A stretch of 64,000 nt of DNA, taken from NCBI GenBank assembly GCA_963663435.1, contig OY760398.1:848665-912664 (forward strand), in the 5' to 3' direction. The notes under the pieces are model-generated. The model was not told the DNA's origin and did no database searches. It was given only the letters and a program-made list of their open reading frames with translations. Position 1 is the stretch's first letter. Each line of letters begins with the position of its first letter. The translations under genes were made by a program, and so were the position numbers. Shown piece after piece: positions 54,383-63,070 of this stretch. Source of the DNA: Aggregatilineales bacterium. GTDB taxonomy: Bacteria > Chloroflexota > Anaerolineae > Aggregatilineales > Phototrophicaceae.

Positions 54383-55099
54383 GTGACACTTATTGTTGGG
54401 GTGATATGTAGCGACGGCGTGGTTATTGGCGCGGACAGCGTTGCAACTGCCGAAACCGCAATAGAATACCATGTTAGCGACAAGTTCACTATTGAAGAAG
54501 AGGATGTCATCATCGCCTGTTCTGGCTCAGCCGGCTTGAGCCAAATGATCAAGGAAGACCTTAGTGGAAGATGGCATGAGTTTAAACAGTACCGCAGTTT
54601 GAGAGATGTCCGGTCTGCCATATCCGACGCCATGTATTCGCAGATAGAGCCAAGCGCTAAGCGTGCCAAGAGCGCGGGCAAGGCGTTTGGCGGATGTGAT
54701 GTCTTGGTGGCCATGCCCGTTAACTATGCGCCAAACTTGTTTCACTTTAACGCTCTGGCAGATTCTTTCCAGATAACTCCAGAATCTCCATTTGTATCAA
54801 TTGGAAGCGGTCGAAGACAAGCTGACCCGTTTCTAGCATTCATTAGGCGAATCGTTTGGAGAGACATAGCGCCGACGTCCACGCGGCTGGCCATTTTTGG
54901 CGTATTGTGGACTCTCCAACATGTCAGTACGGTGAACGCCGGATTAGGCGTCGGCGAACCTCACCGTATTGCAGTCTTGGAAAAACATAGCGGGCTTTGG
55001 AGTGCCAAACCATTAAGCGAAGGCGAACTCTTGGAACATAAGCAAGCCATAGTCGAAGCCGAAGACGCCCTACGGCGTTTTGGTGAAGGTTCGATCTGA
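54383..55099 (+). CDS. proteasome beta-subunit/HslV-like N-terminal nucleophile (T1 family) threonine peptidase, no propeptide
   Basis: GTG 54383, 4 nt after the upstream stop. (M)TLIVGVICSDGVVIGADS. Counted from Thr: D17, K33 (SDKFTI), G47 (CSGSAG), GSG at 140-142. The ORF-track ATG 54236 would overlap the upstream gene by 143 nt with a junk-like 49-aa extension. Confidence 0.7.
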   Translation: MTLIVGVICSDGVVIGADSVATAETAIEYHVSDKFTIEEEDVIIACSGSAGLSQMIKEDLSGRWHEFKQYRSLRDVRSAISDAMYSQIEPSAKRAKSAGKAFGGCDVLVAMPVNYAPNLFHFNALADSFQITPESPFVSIGSGRRQADPFLAFIRRIVWRDIAPTSTRLAIFGVLWTLQHVSTVNAGLGVGEPHRIAVLEKHSGLWSAKPLSEGELLEHKQAIVEAEDALRRFGEGSI

Positions 55100-55106
55100 G
55101 TTTCAC

Positions 55107-56363
55107 CTAGGTGCAATTGACGGATGATTCTCCCACTAGCATATCCTCAAATGTCTCCCGCCGCCGGCTGACCCGCCAGGTATCGCCCGACTCTGACACC
55201 ACCACTTCCGCTGGCCGCGGACGCGCATTATAGTTGCTCGCCATCGACATGCCGTAGGCGCCGGCCGTCATCAGCGCCACACGGTCGCCCGCTTGCAGCG
55301 CGGGCAGCTCGCGATCGCGCGCCAAGACATCTGCCGACTCGCATACCGGTCCCACAACCTGCGCCATCACTGTCTCGCCGTCGCTCGTTCGCAGCGGCGC
55401 AACTTCATGATGGGCGTCGTAAAGCGCTGGCCGAATCAGCTCGGCCATGCTGGCATCAATGATGTAGAAGATTTGCCCCGCCTGCCGTTTGACGTACACG
55501 ACCTCGGCGACCAGCAAGCCAGCGTCAGCCACGATCGAGCGGCCGGGTTCGAGCAGGACGTCATATCCATCCAGCCGCGGCAGCAGCTCGTTCACCAAAG
55601 CCTTGAGCGGCGGCTGCGCATCGTCAGCGCGATAGGCAACTGGCAAACCGCCGCCCAGATTGATTGTGCGGATGCGCGGATGCGCCGCCAGCAGGTCCAG
55701 CGCCGCGTCCAGAGCCGCCAAGGTGGCCGCGGTATCGCCGAGTTGACTGCCGATATGAATATGGATGCCGGCAAAGCTGAGTCGCGGATAGTCGCTCTGC
55801 CGCGTCAAAATGTCGCGAATGACATCGGCGGTTAAGCCGAATTTCGCGGCGCCGTGGCCTGTCGCCATATACGGGTGAGTATTGGCAGTGACCTGAGGAT
55901 TCAGCCGCAGCGCCACGTTCACAGCGTCTACGCCCAGGTCGTCAGCGCTTGAGTTGATGTAGCGCAGCTCGGCGAGGTTTTCGACATTGAACCAGCCGAT
56001 GCCCCGCGATACGGCGAAGGCAATCTCGGCGCGGGTTTTGCCGACGCCCGCGAATACGATGAACTGTGCGGGAACGCCGGCTCGCAGGCAGCGATCGATT
56101 TCGCCGGCGCTCACACAATCGAAGCCCGCGCCTGCGCCCGCCAGCGAACGAAGAATCGACAGGCTGCCGTTGGCCTTGACGCTGTAGTGAATCCGGGCAT
56201 TGCAGGGAGCGAATGCCGCGCGCAAGCGGCGATAATTCTCGCCAACGCGCTTGCGGCTGTAGATATACGTGGGCGTGCCGACCTGACAGGCTATCGACTC
56301 GACGGTGATGTCGTCGATGTAGAGCGAATCGTCGATATAGCGGATAGAGGCGTTGAAGACCAT
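55107..56363 (-). CDS. lysA: diaminopimelate decarboxylase
   Basis: YSVKANGSLSIL (PLP lysine), HIHIGSQL, GGGLPVAY, CESADVL. Confidence 0.95.
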   Translation of the reverse strand: MVFNASIRYIDDSLYIDDITVESIACQVGTPTYIYSRKRVGENYRRLRAAFAPCNARIHYSVKANGSLSILRSLAGAGAGFDCVSAGEIDRCLRAGVPAQFIVFAGVGKTRAEIAFAVSRGIGWFNVENLAELRYINSSADDLGVDAVNVALRLNPQVTANTHPYMATGHGAAKFGLTADVIRDILTRQSDYPRLSFAGIHIHIGSQLGDTAATLAALDAALDLLAAHPRIRTINLGGGLPVAYRADDAQPPLKALVNELLPRLDGYDVLLEPGRSIVADAGLLVAEVVYVKRQAGQIFYIIDASMAELIRPALYDAHHEVAPLRTSDGETVMAQVVGPVCESADVLARDRELPALQAGDRVALMTAGAYGMSMASNYNARPRPAEVVVSESGDTWRVSRRRETFEDMLVGESSVNCT

Positions 56364-56381
56364 GATCCAGCGCAGTTAGCC

Positions 56382-56415
56382 AAAAAAAACGGAGACACCG
56401 GCTAAAGTGTCTCCG
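56382..56415 (-). terminator. rho-independent terminator after tRNA-Asp
   Basis: Minus strand CGGAGACAC-TTTAGCCG-GTGTCTCCG followed by an 8-nt U-run. Confidence 0.7.
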
Positions 56416-56420
56416 ACTGA

Positions 56421-56493
56421 CGGGAGCGACGGGATTTGAACCCGCGATCTCCGGCTTGACAGGCCGGCATGTTAACCGCTACACCACGCCCCC
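56421..56493 (-). tRNA. tRNA-Asp (anticodon GUC)
   Basis: 73-nt cloverleaf: acceptor GGGGGCG/CGCTCCC (one G:U), anticodon stem CCGGC/GCCGG with loop CTGTCAA, T loop TTCAAAT. No encoded CCA. Confidence 0.9.
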
Positions 56494-56594
56494 AGATAAC
56501 TGTATTAGCTTAGCACTTCGGTTTGCTTGTGTCAAGTCTGTCTCCCTGCGCGCTGCTGATGCCGGCTGACTGACCCGAGTTTAAGACAGCCGGC

Positions 56595-57449
56595 CTAGAT
56601 CTGTCCGAAGCCGCCGATCGCGCTCGACTTGCCCGACAGATAACGCGCCGTCAGTATCAGAATCAGGATCGACGGCGCGACGAAAACCAGGGACATGGCC
56701 GCGGTAAGCGCGTTGTTGGTGCCGGACGCGATAGAGAATAGCAGCACCGGCATAGTAATCACTTGCCCCGCGCCCACCAGGAAAGTCAAGATGTACTGGC
56801 TCCAGGAGATCAAATAGGCGAACAGGCTGGCCACCACGATGCCGGGGAATACCGCCGGCAAGGTAACATGCCAGAATGTACGCAGCGTTCCCGCGCCCAA
56901 CGACCGCGCCTGCTGCTCAAACTCGGGATTGTAGTTGGCGAAGACGCCGGAAAGCGTCAAAACGACGTAAGGCATTACCGGCACCAGGTGCACCAGTCCG
57001 ACGCCAAGTAGATTGCCCGACAGTCCCCAGCGGATGAAGTTGATGTTCAAGCCCATGGCCACGGCGATGCCGGGCACAATCGTCGGCGAGATTATCAGAA
57101 ACTCGATGACGCGTTTGCCGCGAAAGGAGTATAAGCCCAAGGCCCGCGCCGCCGGCAGGCCGATGATCACCGAGCTCATGGTGACGCCCACGGCCAGGAT
57201 GGTGCTATTCAGCAAAGCTTCGGGCACTTTGGAGTTGGCGGAGAAGGTGCTTTCCCAGGCGCGCAGGCTCAATTCGTCCGGGAAGAGCTGCGGATAAAAC
57301 CAGCGGAATGAAAATGCATTAAACAGGAAGGCAAGCAAGGGCGTCAGGAGCAAAAAAATCAGCAAGATGACGGCGCAGTAGTGCAGCGCGCGCAAGAGCC
57401 GCTTTCTCGCCAGACCGGTCTGCGAAAGGTCAACACTCAAGGCAGCCAT
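56595..57449 (-). CDS. ABC transporter permease (PotC/CysW-type binding-protein-dependent inner membrane component)
   Basis: EAA-type loop (EQQARSLGAGTLRTFWHVTLP). Six TM helices. ATG 57449 lies 5 nt after the upstream stop; alternative GTG 57488. Confidence 0.8.
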   Translation of the reverse strand: MAALSVDLSQTGLARKRLLRALHYCAVILLIFLLLTPLLAFLFNAFSFRWFYPQLFPDELSLRAWESTFSANSKVPEALLNSTILAVGVTMSSVIIGLPAARALGLYSFRGKRVIEFLIISPTIVPGIAVAMGLNINFIRWGLSGNLLGVGLVHLVPVMPYVVLTLSGVFANYNPEFEQQARSLGAGTLRTFWHVTLPAVFPGIVVASLFAYLISWSQYILTFLVGAGQVITMPVLLFSIASGTNNALTAAMSLVFVAPSILILILTARYLSGKSSAIGGFGQI

Positions 57450-57454
57450 AGCGA

Positions 57455-58333
57455 TTAGTCCTGCCGTATCGCGCGGCGGCTGAGCCACATATATCCCAGC
57501 ACCAGGAAGAATACGATAATTGAAATGATGATGCTGATGGCCATGCCCTCGGTTCGGGCGTTGAGATCCGGATTACGGAAGAAACGCACGGCCGTCACGG
57601 TCAGGGTGCGGGGAAAGCGCACGCCCAGAATCGCCGGCACTTCGTAGGAGCCGAAGGTGAACGCGAAAACCAGGATCGAACCGGAAAGCACGCCAGGCAT
57701 CACCAGCGGAAGAATCACGTAGCGGAAGCGCTGCCAGCGATTGGCGCCCAAGCTGCGGGCCAGATCTTCGTAGTCCACGCCCAGCGATTGCAGCACGGCC
57801 AGCACGATAACGCCGATGAAGGGCACTTCTTTCCAGACGAAGGACAGCATCATGCCGATGCCATATCGGTCGCGCACCAGCACCGGAAACTCATTCGGAT
57901 AGCTGATCAGGCCCAGCTGCGCTCCCGTACGCGACAACACGCCGCTCTGCGAGAAAAGGAAGAGAATGCCGATCGCCGCGACCACATGCGGCACGGGCAG
58001 GTTAAATTGGTAGAGGAAGACAGCGACGCGTTTGCCGACAAAAGTGCGGCGCAGCAGCAGCGCGGTCATCAGCGCCAAAATCGCCGAAATCACCGTGCTG
58101 CCCACGCTGACCCAGATTGTCAGTACCAAGCCATGCCAGAAGACTTCCGTGAACTCGCCGGAAAACAGGATGTTCTGATAAGCACGCAGCGAGATCTCGG
58201 TCCGGCCGATCAGCGGCTGCCAGCCCAGGCTGACCATGGTCCCGTATATCAAGCCGCCGATGAACAAGAAGAAAATGACCGACATCGTCGGCGCCAACAT
58301 AATCGGGATGCGCCAGCGATCCCAAAACGTCAA
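57455..58333 (-). CDS. ABC transporter permease (PotB-type)
   Basis: EAA loop (EDLARSLGANRWQRFRYVILP). TTG 58333 sits 5 nt after a GGAGGA SD. The ORF-track GTG 58372 is possible but lacks an SD. Confidence 0.8.
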   Translation of the reverse strand: MTFWDRWRIPIMLAPTMSVIFFLFIGGLIYGTMVSLGWQPLIGRTEISLRAYQNILFSGEFTEVFWHGLVLTIWVSVGSTVISAILALMTALLLRRTFVGKRVAVFLYQFNLPVPHVVAAIGILFLFSQSGVLSRTGAQLGLISYPNEFPVLVRDRYGIGMMLSFVWKEVPFIGVIVLAVLQSLGVDYEDLARSLGANRWQRFRYVILPLVMPGVLSGSILVFAFTFGSYEVPAILGVRFPRTLTVTAVRFFRNPDLNARTEGMAISIIISIIVFFLVLGYMWLSRRAIRQD

Positions 58334-58497
58334 ACTTGTCCTCCGGTCTGAATCACGCGCGCGGCAGGCCACATATTAGCGCAGCGGCACAGAGGCGGCA
58401 AGCCGGCACTTGGTCTTAGAAGGCTTGTCCTTTACTCAAATTCCGATGACGGTACGTTTGGTCTGGGCGGGCGCCGCGCTATGAGGGATTCGCGACA

Positions 58498-58669
58498 CTT
58501 TTACCACCGAGGGCACAGAGTAAATATGAGGGCACAGAGAAGAAATCCGGGAAATATGGCCGTTGGTCGAGTCAAGAATAGTCCGTACGTTCGCCGATTC
58601 TGCGTTTGGACTAAGCATGATGCCTTTGCTCTGTGTCCTCTATCTAACTCGGTGTACTCGGTGGCAAAG
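58498..58669. repeat. family-A MITE-like element, copy A6
   Basis: Left end CTTTTACCACCGAGGGCACAGAGTAAATATGAGGGCACAGAGAAG. The reverse complement of the right end is CTTTGCCACCGAGTACACCGAGTTAGATAGAGGACACAGAGC. The core shares a conserved block with A3. Confidence 0.8.
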
Positions 58670-58711
58670 ATGTCGAATCTTCGCCTAAACCGAGCGAGCG
58701 GCGGCGACGTT

Positions 58712-58731
58712 ACAGTACCGGACAAGCCTTA
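58712..58731 (-). repeat. family-C 20-nt motif, perfect copy
   Basis: Minus strand TAAGGCTTGTCCGGTACTGT (20/20), 43 nt from the end of A6. Same relative arrangement as at 34233-34295. Confidence 0.7.
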
Positions 58732-58824
58732 CATAAAGATGATAGGCGATTGGCGTCCGCTCCCGTCTGCTGCTGTCGAATCAGCGTCGAATCATGTACC
58801 ATAAGCGCTTAGCTGCTGTCCAAC

Positions 58825-60159
58825 GTGACCGTCGAGTCCATGACATATCGCAAAGTTCTGCTGTTTTGGTTTCCGCTGGCGCTTGCCTGGCTGATGATGG
58901 CCTTGGAAGCGCCCTGGATTCAAGGCGTGATCAGCCGCAAGCCGGACTCCGAAACGCAGCTAGCGGCCTTTGGTCTGGTCTTCACGCTGTCGATACTCAT
59001 CGAAACGCCGATTATCATGCTGCTGGCGACCAGCAACGCGCTGGCGCGAGACCGACAGTCCTTTCAGCGGCTTTGGCGTTTCATGCTGGCGATCAACCTC
59101 TTTATCGCGGGCATAGCTGTGCTGATGGCTTTCACGCCTTTGCTGGACCTGTACCTCGGCGCCGTGCTCAACATTCCGGCGCACATCATTGAAGCGACGC
59201 GGCCGGGCATGAAAATCATGATTTTCTGGGGCGCCTTCATCGGTTATCGCCGCTTTCATCAGGGCGTCATCATCCGTTTTGGCAACACGCGCTACGTCGG
59301 CTACGGCACAGCGCTGCGTGTGCTGGTCTCAGGCGGCATCGCCGTTGGGCTGGGCGCCATCACCAACATCGCCGGCGCCCAGATCGGCGCGTTGGCGCTG
59401 GCTATATCCGTGCTGGCGGAAACGACCTACACCCATATCATCTCGCGGCCTGATGTGCGGCGCTTGCTGGAGACGCCTCGCCGAGCGAGCCTGCCGGAGC
59501 TAAGCTATCGGCAGGTGTTGCGCTTTCATATCCCGCTGGCGATCACCAGCCTGGTCAGCATGTTAATTTACCCGGCGGTCGAGCGCGGGCTGGCTAATAC
59601 GCCGGATGCGGTACAAAGCCTGGCCGCCTGGCCCGTGCTGCTTTCGATCATGTTCGCGACGCGCGCGGGCGGCATGGCTTATCAGGAAGTCGTGATTTCC
59701 CTCGACAACAGCGAGCCCGTCCATCGTCTGCTGCGCAATTTCACCTTGCGCCTGGGTTTCGCGCTCAGCTTTATTATGCTGCTCTTCGCCTATACCCCAC
59801 TGATCACTGTCTACGTCGGCGGCGTCCTGGGCGTGCCAGAGCATCTGCGCGAGCTGGTTGAGTCAGGCGCGCGGGCGGCAGTCCTCATTCCGCTCTTGAC
59901 CACGCTGCAAAGCTATTTTCGCGCGCTGCTCATGCTCAGCCAGCGCACAGCAACCATTTATCAAGCCATCAGCCTGGGTTTCCTAACGACCGCGCTGACC
60001 GTCTGGGGAGGCATCGCGCTGGGGATGCCAGGCATTCTGGCGGCGGCGCTCGGCTTAACCCTGGGGCAATTGTTTGAACTGTCATTCCTTTATTTCTCAT
60101 ATCGCCGCAGCAAGTCCGACTTAAGGCTTCATTGGCAATCGGCCATGGCGGCTGCCTAG
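58825..60159 (+). CDS. 12-TM MOP-superfamily-like (MATE/flippase-type) membrane transporter, putative
   Basis: 444 aa, almost entirely hydrophobic helices in two 6-TM halves. GTG 58825 or ATG 58840. Family call by architecture only. Confidence 0.5.
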   Translation: MTVESMTYRKVLLFWFPLALAWLMMALEAPWIQGVISRKPDSETQLAAFGLVFTLSILIETPIIMLLATSNALARDRQSFQRLWRFMLAINLFIAGIAVLMAFTPLLDLYLGAVLNIPAHIIEATRPGMKIMIFWGAFIGYRRFHQGVIIRFGNTRYVGYGTALRVLVSGGIAVGLGAITNIAGAQIGALALAISVLAETTYTHIISRPDVRRLLETPRRASLPELSYRQVLRFHIPLAITSLVSMLIYPAVERGLANTPDAVQSLAAWPVLLSIMFATRAGGMAYQEVVISLDNSEPVHRLLRNFTLRLGFALSFIMLLFAYTPLITVYVGGVLGVPEHLRELVESGARAAVLIPLLTTLQSYFRALLMLSQRTATIYQAISLGFLTTALTVWGGIALGMPGILAAALGLTLGQLFELSFLYFSYRRSKSDLRLHWQSAMAAA

Positions 60160-60184
60160 CCATAAAAAATGAGGAAGGACCATC

Positions 60185-61438
60185 ATGTCATTCATTAGCG
60201 ATATCCTGCCACTGCGGCGGCAAGCTGAAGTACGCGACGGTTGGCTGAAGGCGCGGCTGGAAACGCTGCTGCCGGAACTGATGGAACGCGCGGGCCTGGA
60301 TATGTGGATTGTGGCCTGCCAAGAATACAACGAAGATCCCGTGATCATGTCGTTGCTGCCGGCCACGTCGATGTCCGCCCGCCGGCGCACAATTTTGCTT
60401 TTCACGCGCAATGCTGACGGCGATGTGGAGCGGCTAACGGTGTCACGCTACGGCATCGAAGGATTCTATGAAGCCGTGTGGAATCCCGACGAAGAGGAGC
60501 AATACGCTTGTCTGGCGCGGCTGGTACGCGAGCGCGATCCCAAGCGAATCGGCATCAATGTCTCGCAGACTTTCGCCTTCGGCGACGGCATCTCCCACAG
60601 CGAGTACCAGCAGGTCAGCCAAGCGCTGGGCGAGCCTTACGCATCGCGGCTGGTCAGCGCCGAAGGGCTCTGCGTAGGCTGGCTGGAACGGCGCCTTCCG
60701 GAGGAGATCAACGCCTATCCGCGATTGGTGGAGTTGGGCCACCAGATCATCGCGCGCGCTTTCTCCAGCGAAGTCATCCACCCCGGCATCACTACCACGG
60801 ACGATGTCGTCTGGTGGATGCGGCAGACGATGCAGGGCGCTGGACTGAGCGCCTGGTTTCAACCGACCATCGATGTGCAGTCGCCGGGCAAGTCTTTCGA
60901 ATTTCTCGAAAGCGCCTGCGTTACGATTCAGCCGGGCGACTTGCTGCATTGCGATATGGGCTTCCACTACCTGGGTTTGGCAACCGATCAGCAGCAGCAT
61001 GCCTACGTGCTAAGAGCGGGCGAGACCGACGCGCCTGCCGGCATACGCGCCGCCTTGCAAGATGGCAACAGGCTGCAAGACATACTCCTGGCGGAAATGC
61101 AGGTCGGCCGCAGCGGCAACGATGTCCTGTGCAGCGCGCTGGAACGGGCGGAAGCGGAAGGCCTACGCGCCCAGATTTACACACACCCGCTGGGGTATCA
61201 CGGTCACGCCGCCGGTCCCCTAATAGGATTGTGGGATCGGCAAGATGGCGTGCCCGGCGCTGGCGAATACCGTTTGTTCAATGACACGGTCTATTCCATT
61301 GAGTTGAATATCGTCATGAGCGTGCCTGAATGGGACGGGCAAGACGTACGCATCATGCTGGAAGAAGACGCGGCGCTCAGCGGCGGCGAGACGCGCTGGC
61401 TGGATGGCCGGCAGACATCGCTTTTCTTGATCCCCTAA
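60185..61438 (+). CDS. M24-family metallopeptidase (Xaa-Pro peptidase/creatinase-like)
   Basis: Pita-bread metal-ligand pattern: LLHCDMGF..GLATDQQ, HPLGYHGH, SIELN, MLEED. Confidence 0.8.
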   Translation: MSFISDILPLRRQAEVRDGWLKARLETLLPELMERAGLDMWIVACQEYNEDPVIMSLLPATSMSARRRTILLFTRNADGDVERLTVSRYGIEGFYEAVWNPDEEEQYACLARLVRERDPKRIGINVSQTFAFGDGISHSEYQQVSQALGEPYASRLVSAEGLCVGWLERRLPEEINAYPRLVELGHQIIARAFSSEVIHPGITTTDDVVWWMRQTMQGAGLSAWFQPTIDVQSPGKSFEFLESACVTIQPGDLLHCDMGFHYLGLATDQQQHAYVLRAGETDAPAGIRAALQDGNRLQDILLAEMQVGRSGNDVLCSALERAEAEGLRAQIYTHPLGYHGHAAGPLIGLWDRQDGVPGAGEYRLFNDTVYSIELNIVMSVPEWDGQDVRIMLEEDAALSGGETRWLDGRQTSLFLIP

Positions 61439-61555
61439 GCAGACGCTAATCTTGGTTTACAAGTTTTTTTCAGGCTGACCAAGAAAAGCTAACAACTCTT
61501 TTCTACGATTGCAGCAATGTACGATTTGTTGCCCTCGCAACGAAAGGAAAGAGCA

Positions 61556-62632
61556 ATGAAAGCTTTGGCACGGTCCGTAATTCTACCCACAGCAGTCGGG
61601 ATGCTGATCGCCTTGTTTGTATTTGGCGCGTTGCCCCTGCCGGGCATCCAGGCTATCGGCATCGTCACCCATCCCAATGACATCTTCGCCGAGATTTACC
61701 AAAATGCGCGTCAGTCCGTGGTGGCGATCAGCGTCGCCACTGAAGAAGGCGGAGGAGGCGGTTCCGGCTTCGTCATCGACCGCGACGGCCATATCGTGAC
61801 CAATGCCCACGTGGTCGACACGGCGGAAGAAATCGTGGTCGAGTTCCTCGAGGGCGCCATCGTCCGCGCGGAGCTGGTCGGCAGCGATCCCTCATCTGAT
61901 CTCGCCGTCATCAAGGTCGATGTGCCGGCGGAGCAATTGGCGCCGATTCGCCTGGCCGATTCGGACAATCTCACAGTCGGCCAGACTGTACTCGCCATCG
62001 GCAGCCCTTTCCGCCAGGGCTGGACGCTGACATCGGGCATCATCAGCGCCGTCGATCGCACGATTCAAGGTTTGACCGAATTCTCCATCGGCGGTGTCAT
62101 CCAAACTGACGCGTCCATCAACCCGGGCAACAGCGGCGGCCCGCTGATTAATCTCGACGGCGAGGTCATCGGCGTCAACTCGCAGATCATCAGTGGCGCG
62201 CGCAGCAGCTCCGGCGTAGGTTTCGCCATCCCGGCCAATCTGACGCGGCGGGTGGCTGACGCGCTGATCGAAGACGGGGAGATGACCTACAGCTACCTGG
62301 GCATTTCCGGATTCGATGTCAATCTCAGCGCCATCGAATCACTGGACTTGCCCAATGATTTCCGCGGCGTGGTACTGCGCGAGGTCGTGGATGACGGACC
62401 CGCCGCCGATTCCGGCCTGCGCGAAGTCACGCGTATGCTTGACCTGGACGATGAGCTGGTTGGTTTGCGCGCCGATATCATCACTGCCGTAGACGAGACG
62501 CCTGTCGGCGGGATGAATGATCTGATCACCTACCTGGCGCGGCATACTCGCCCGGACGAAGAGGTGATCCTCCGCGTGCTGCGCGACGGCGCCAAGCAAC
62601 TGGAGATTCCGATTACGCTGGGCAGCCGCTGA
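61556..62632 (+). CDS. htrA: HtrA/DegP-family S1C serine protease with one PDZ domain
   Basis: AAGGAAAG SD before ATG 61556. Signal/anchor. Catalytic motifs TNAHVV, DLAVIK, GNSGGPL. C-terminal PDZ. Confidence 0.9.
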   Translation: MKALARSVILPTAVGMLIALFVFGALPLPGIQAIGIVTHPNDIFAEIYQNARQSVVAISVATEEGGGGGSGFVIDRDGHIVTNAHVVDTAEEIVVEFLEGAIVRAELVGSDPSSDLAVIKVDVPAEQLAPIRLADSDNLTVGQTVLAIGSPFRQGWTLTSGIISAVDRTIQGLTEFSIGGVIQTDASINPGNSGGPLINLDGEVIGVNSQIISGARSSSGVGFAIPANLTRRVADALIEDGEMTYSYLGISGFDVNLSAIESLDLPNDFRGVVLREVVDDGPAADSGLREVTRMLDLDDELVGLRADIITAVDETPVGGMNDLITYLARHTRPDEEVILRVLRDGAKQLEIPITLGSR

Positions 62633-62648
62633 TCCCGCGCCGATTTCC

Positions 62649-62678
62649 GCAGCCCCCGACGCGCTACGTGGGGGCTGC
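62649..62678 (+). terminator. 9-bp GC hairpin after htrA (possible terminator, weak U-tract)
   Basis: GCAGCCCCC-GACGCGCTACGT-GGGGGCTGC, 17 nt after the stop. Confidence 0.4.
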
Positions 62679-62690
62679 ACCGGAATTTTA

Positions 62691-62753
62691 CCCCACCCCC
62701 CGGCCCCCTCTCGCCATCTCTATGGCGAGCATCCGACGAGTCAGGGAGGGGGA
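62691..62753 (+). repeat. family-B hairpin element, copy B3
   Basis: CCCCACCCCCCGGCCCCCTCTCGCCAT-CTCT-ATGGCGAGCATCCGACGAGTCAGGGAGGGGGAA, 59 nt after the htrA stop. Confidence 0.8.
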
Positions 62754-62856
62754 ACTTGCTTTTGCGACTTTCATTGCAGTTTGATACCTTTTGCAAGAAT
62801 TGATCCGCAAATTTGTAAGAACGCAGTTACGCTCCAATTGATTCTGTTTGTACTTT

Positions 62857-62876
62857 CCAATACCGGACAAGCCTTA
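62857..62876 (-). repeat. family-C 20-nt motif, 18/20 copy
   Basis: Minus strand TAAGGCTTGTCCGGTATTGG. No recognisable gene ends here. Confidence 0.6.
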
Positions 62877-63070
62877 CACAATCCAATCGTTACGAATTCG
62901 TCATTCTGTGTGAGCCAAGTCGTGAAATTCGAGCGGCTGTGCTGAAAGCGATTCTGGCTTGATTGAATGTCAGACGACTCTAATACGCTGACCTATTGCA
63001 GCAGTCAGGTTTGCCAGTTCGACCTTTGAGCGTATACTGAAACTCAGAAAACTCAGCCAGGATGGGCGGT

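Noticed and set aside
55083-55100. Possible att-like direct repeat of the tRNA 3' end (GAAGGTTCGATCT vs GGAAGTTCAAATCT of the T arm at 53809-53822) at the right edge of the islet
   Set aside because: The match is short, needs an indel and lies inside the coding end of the peptidase gene. No integrase is present. Too weak to call an attachment site, although the islet boundary is real compositionally.
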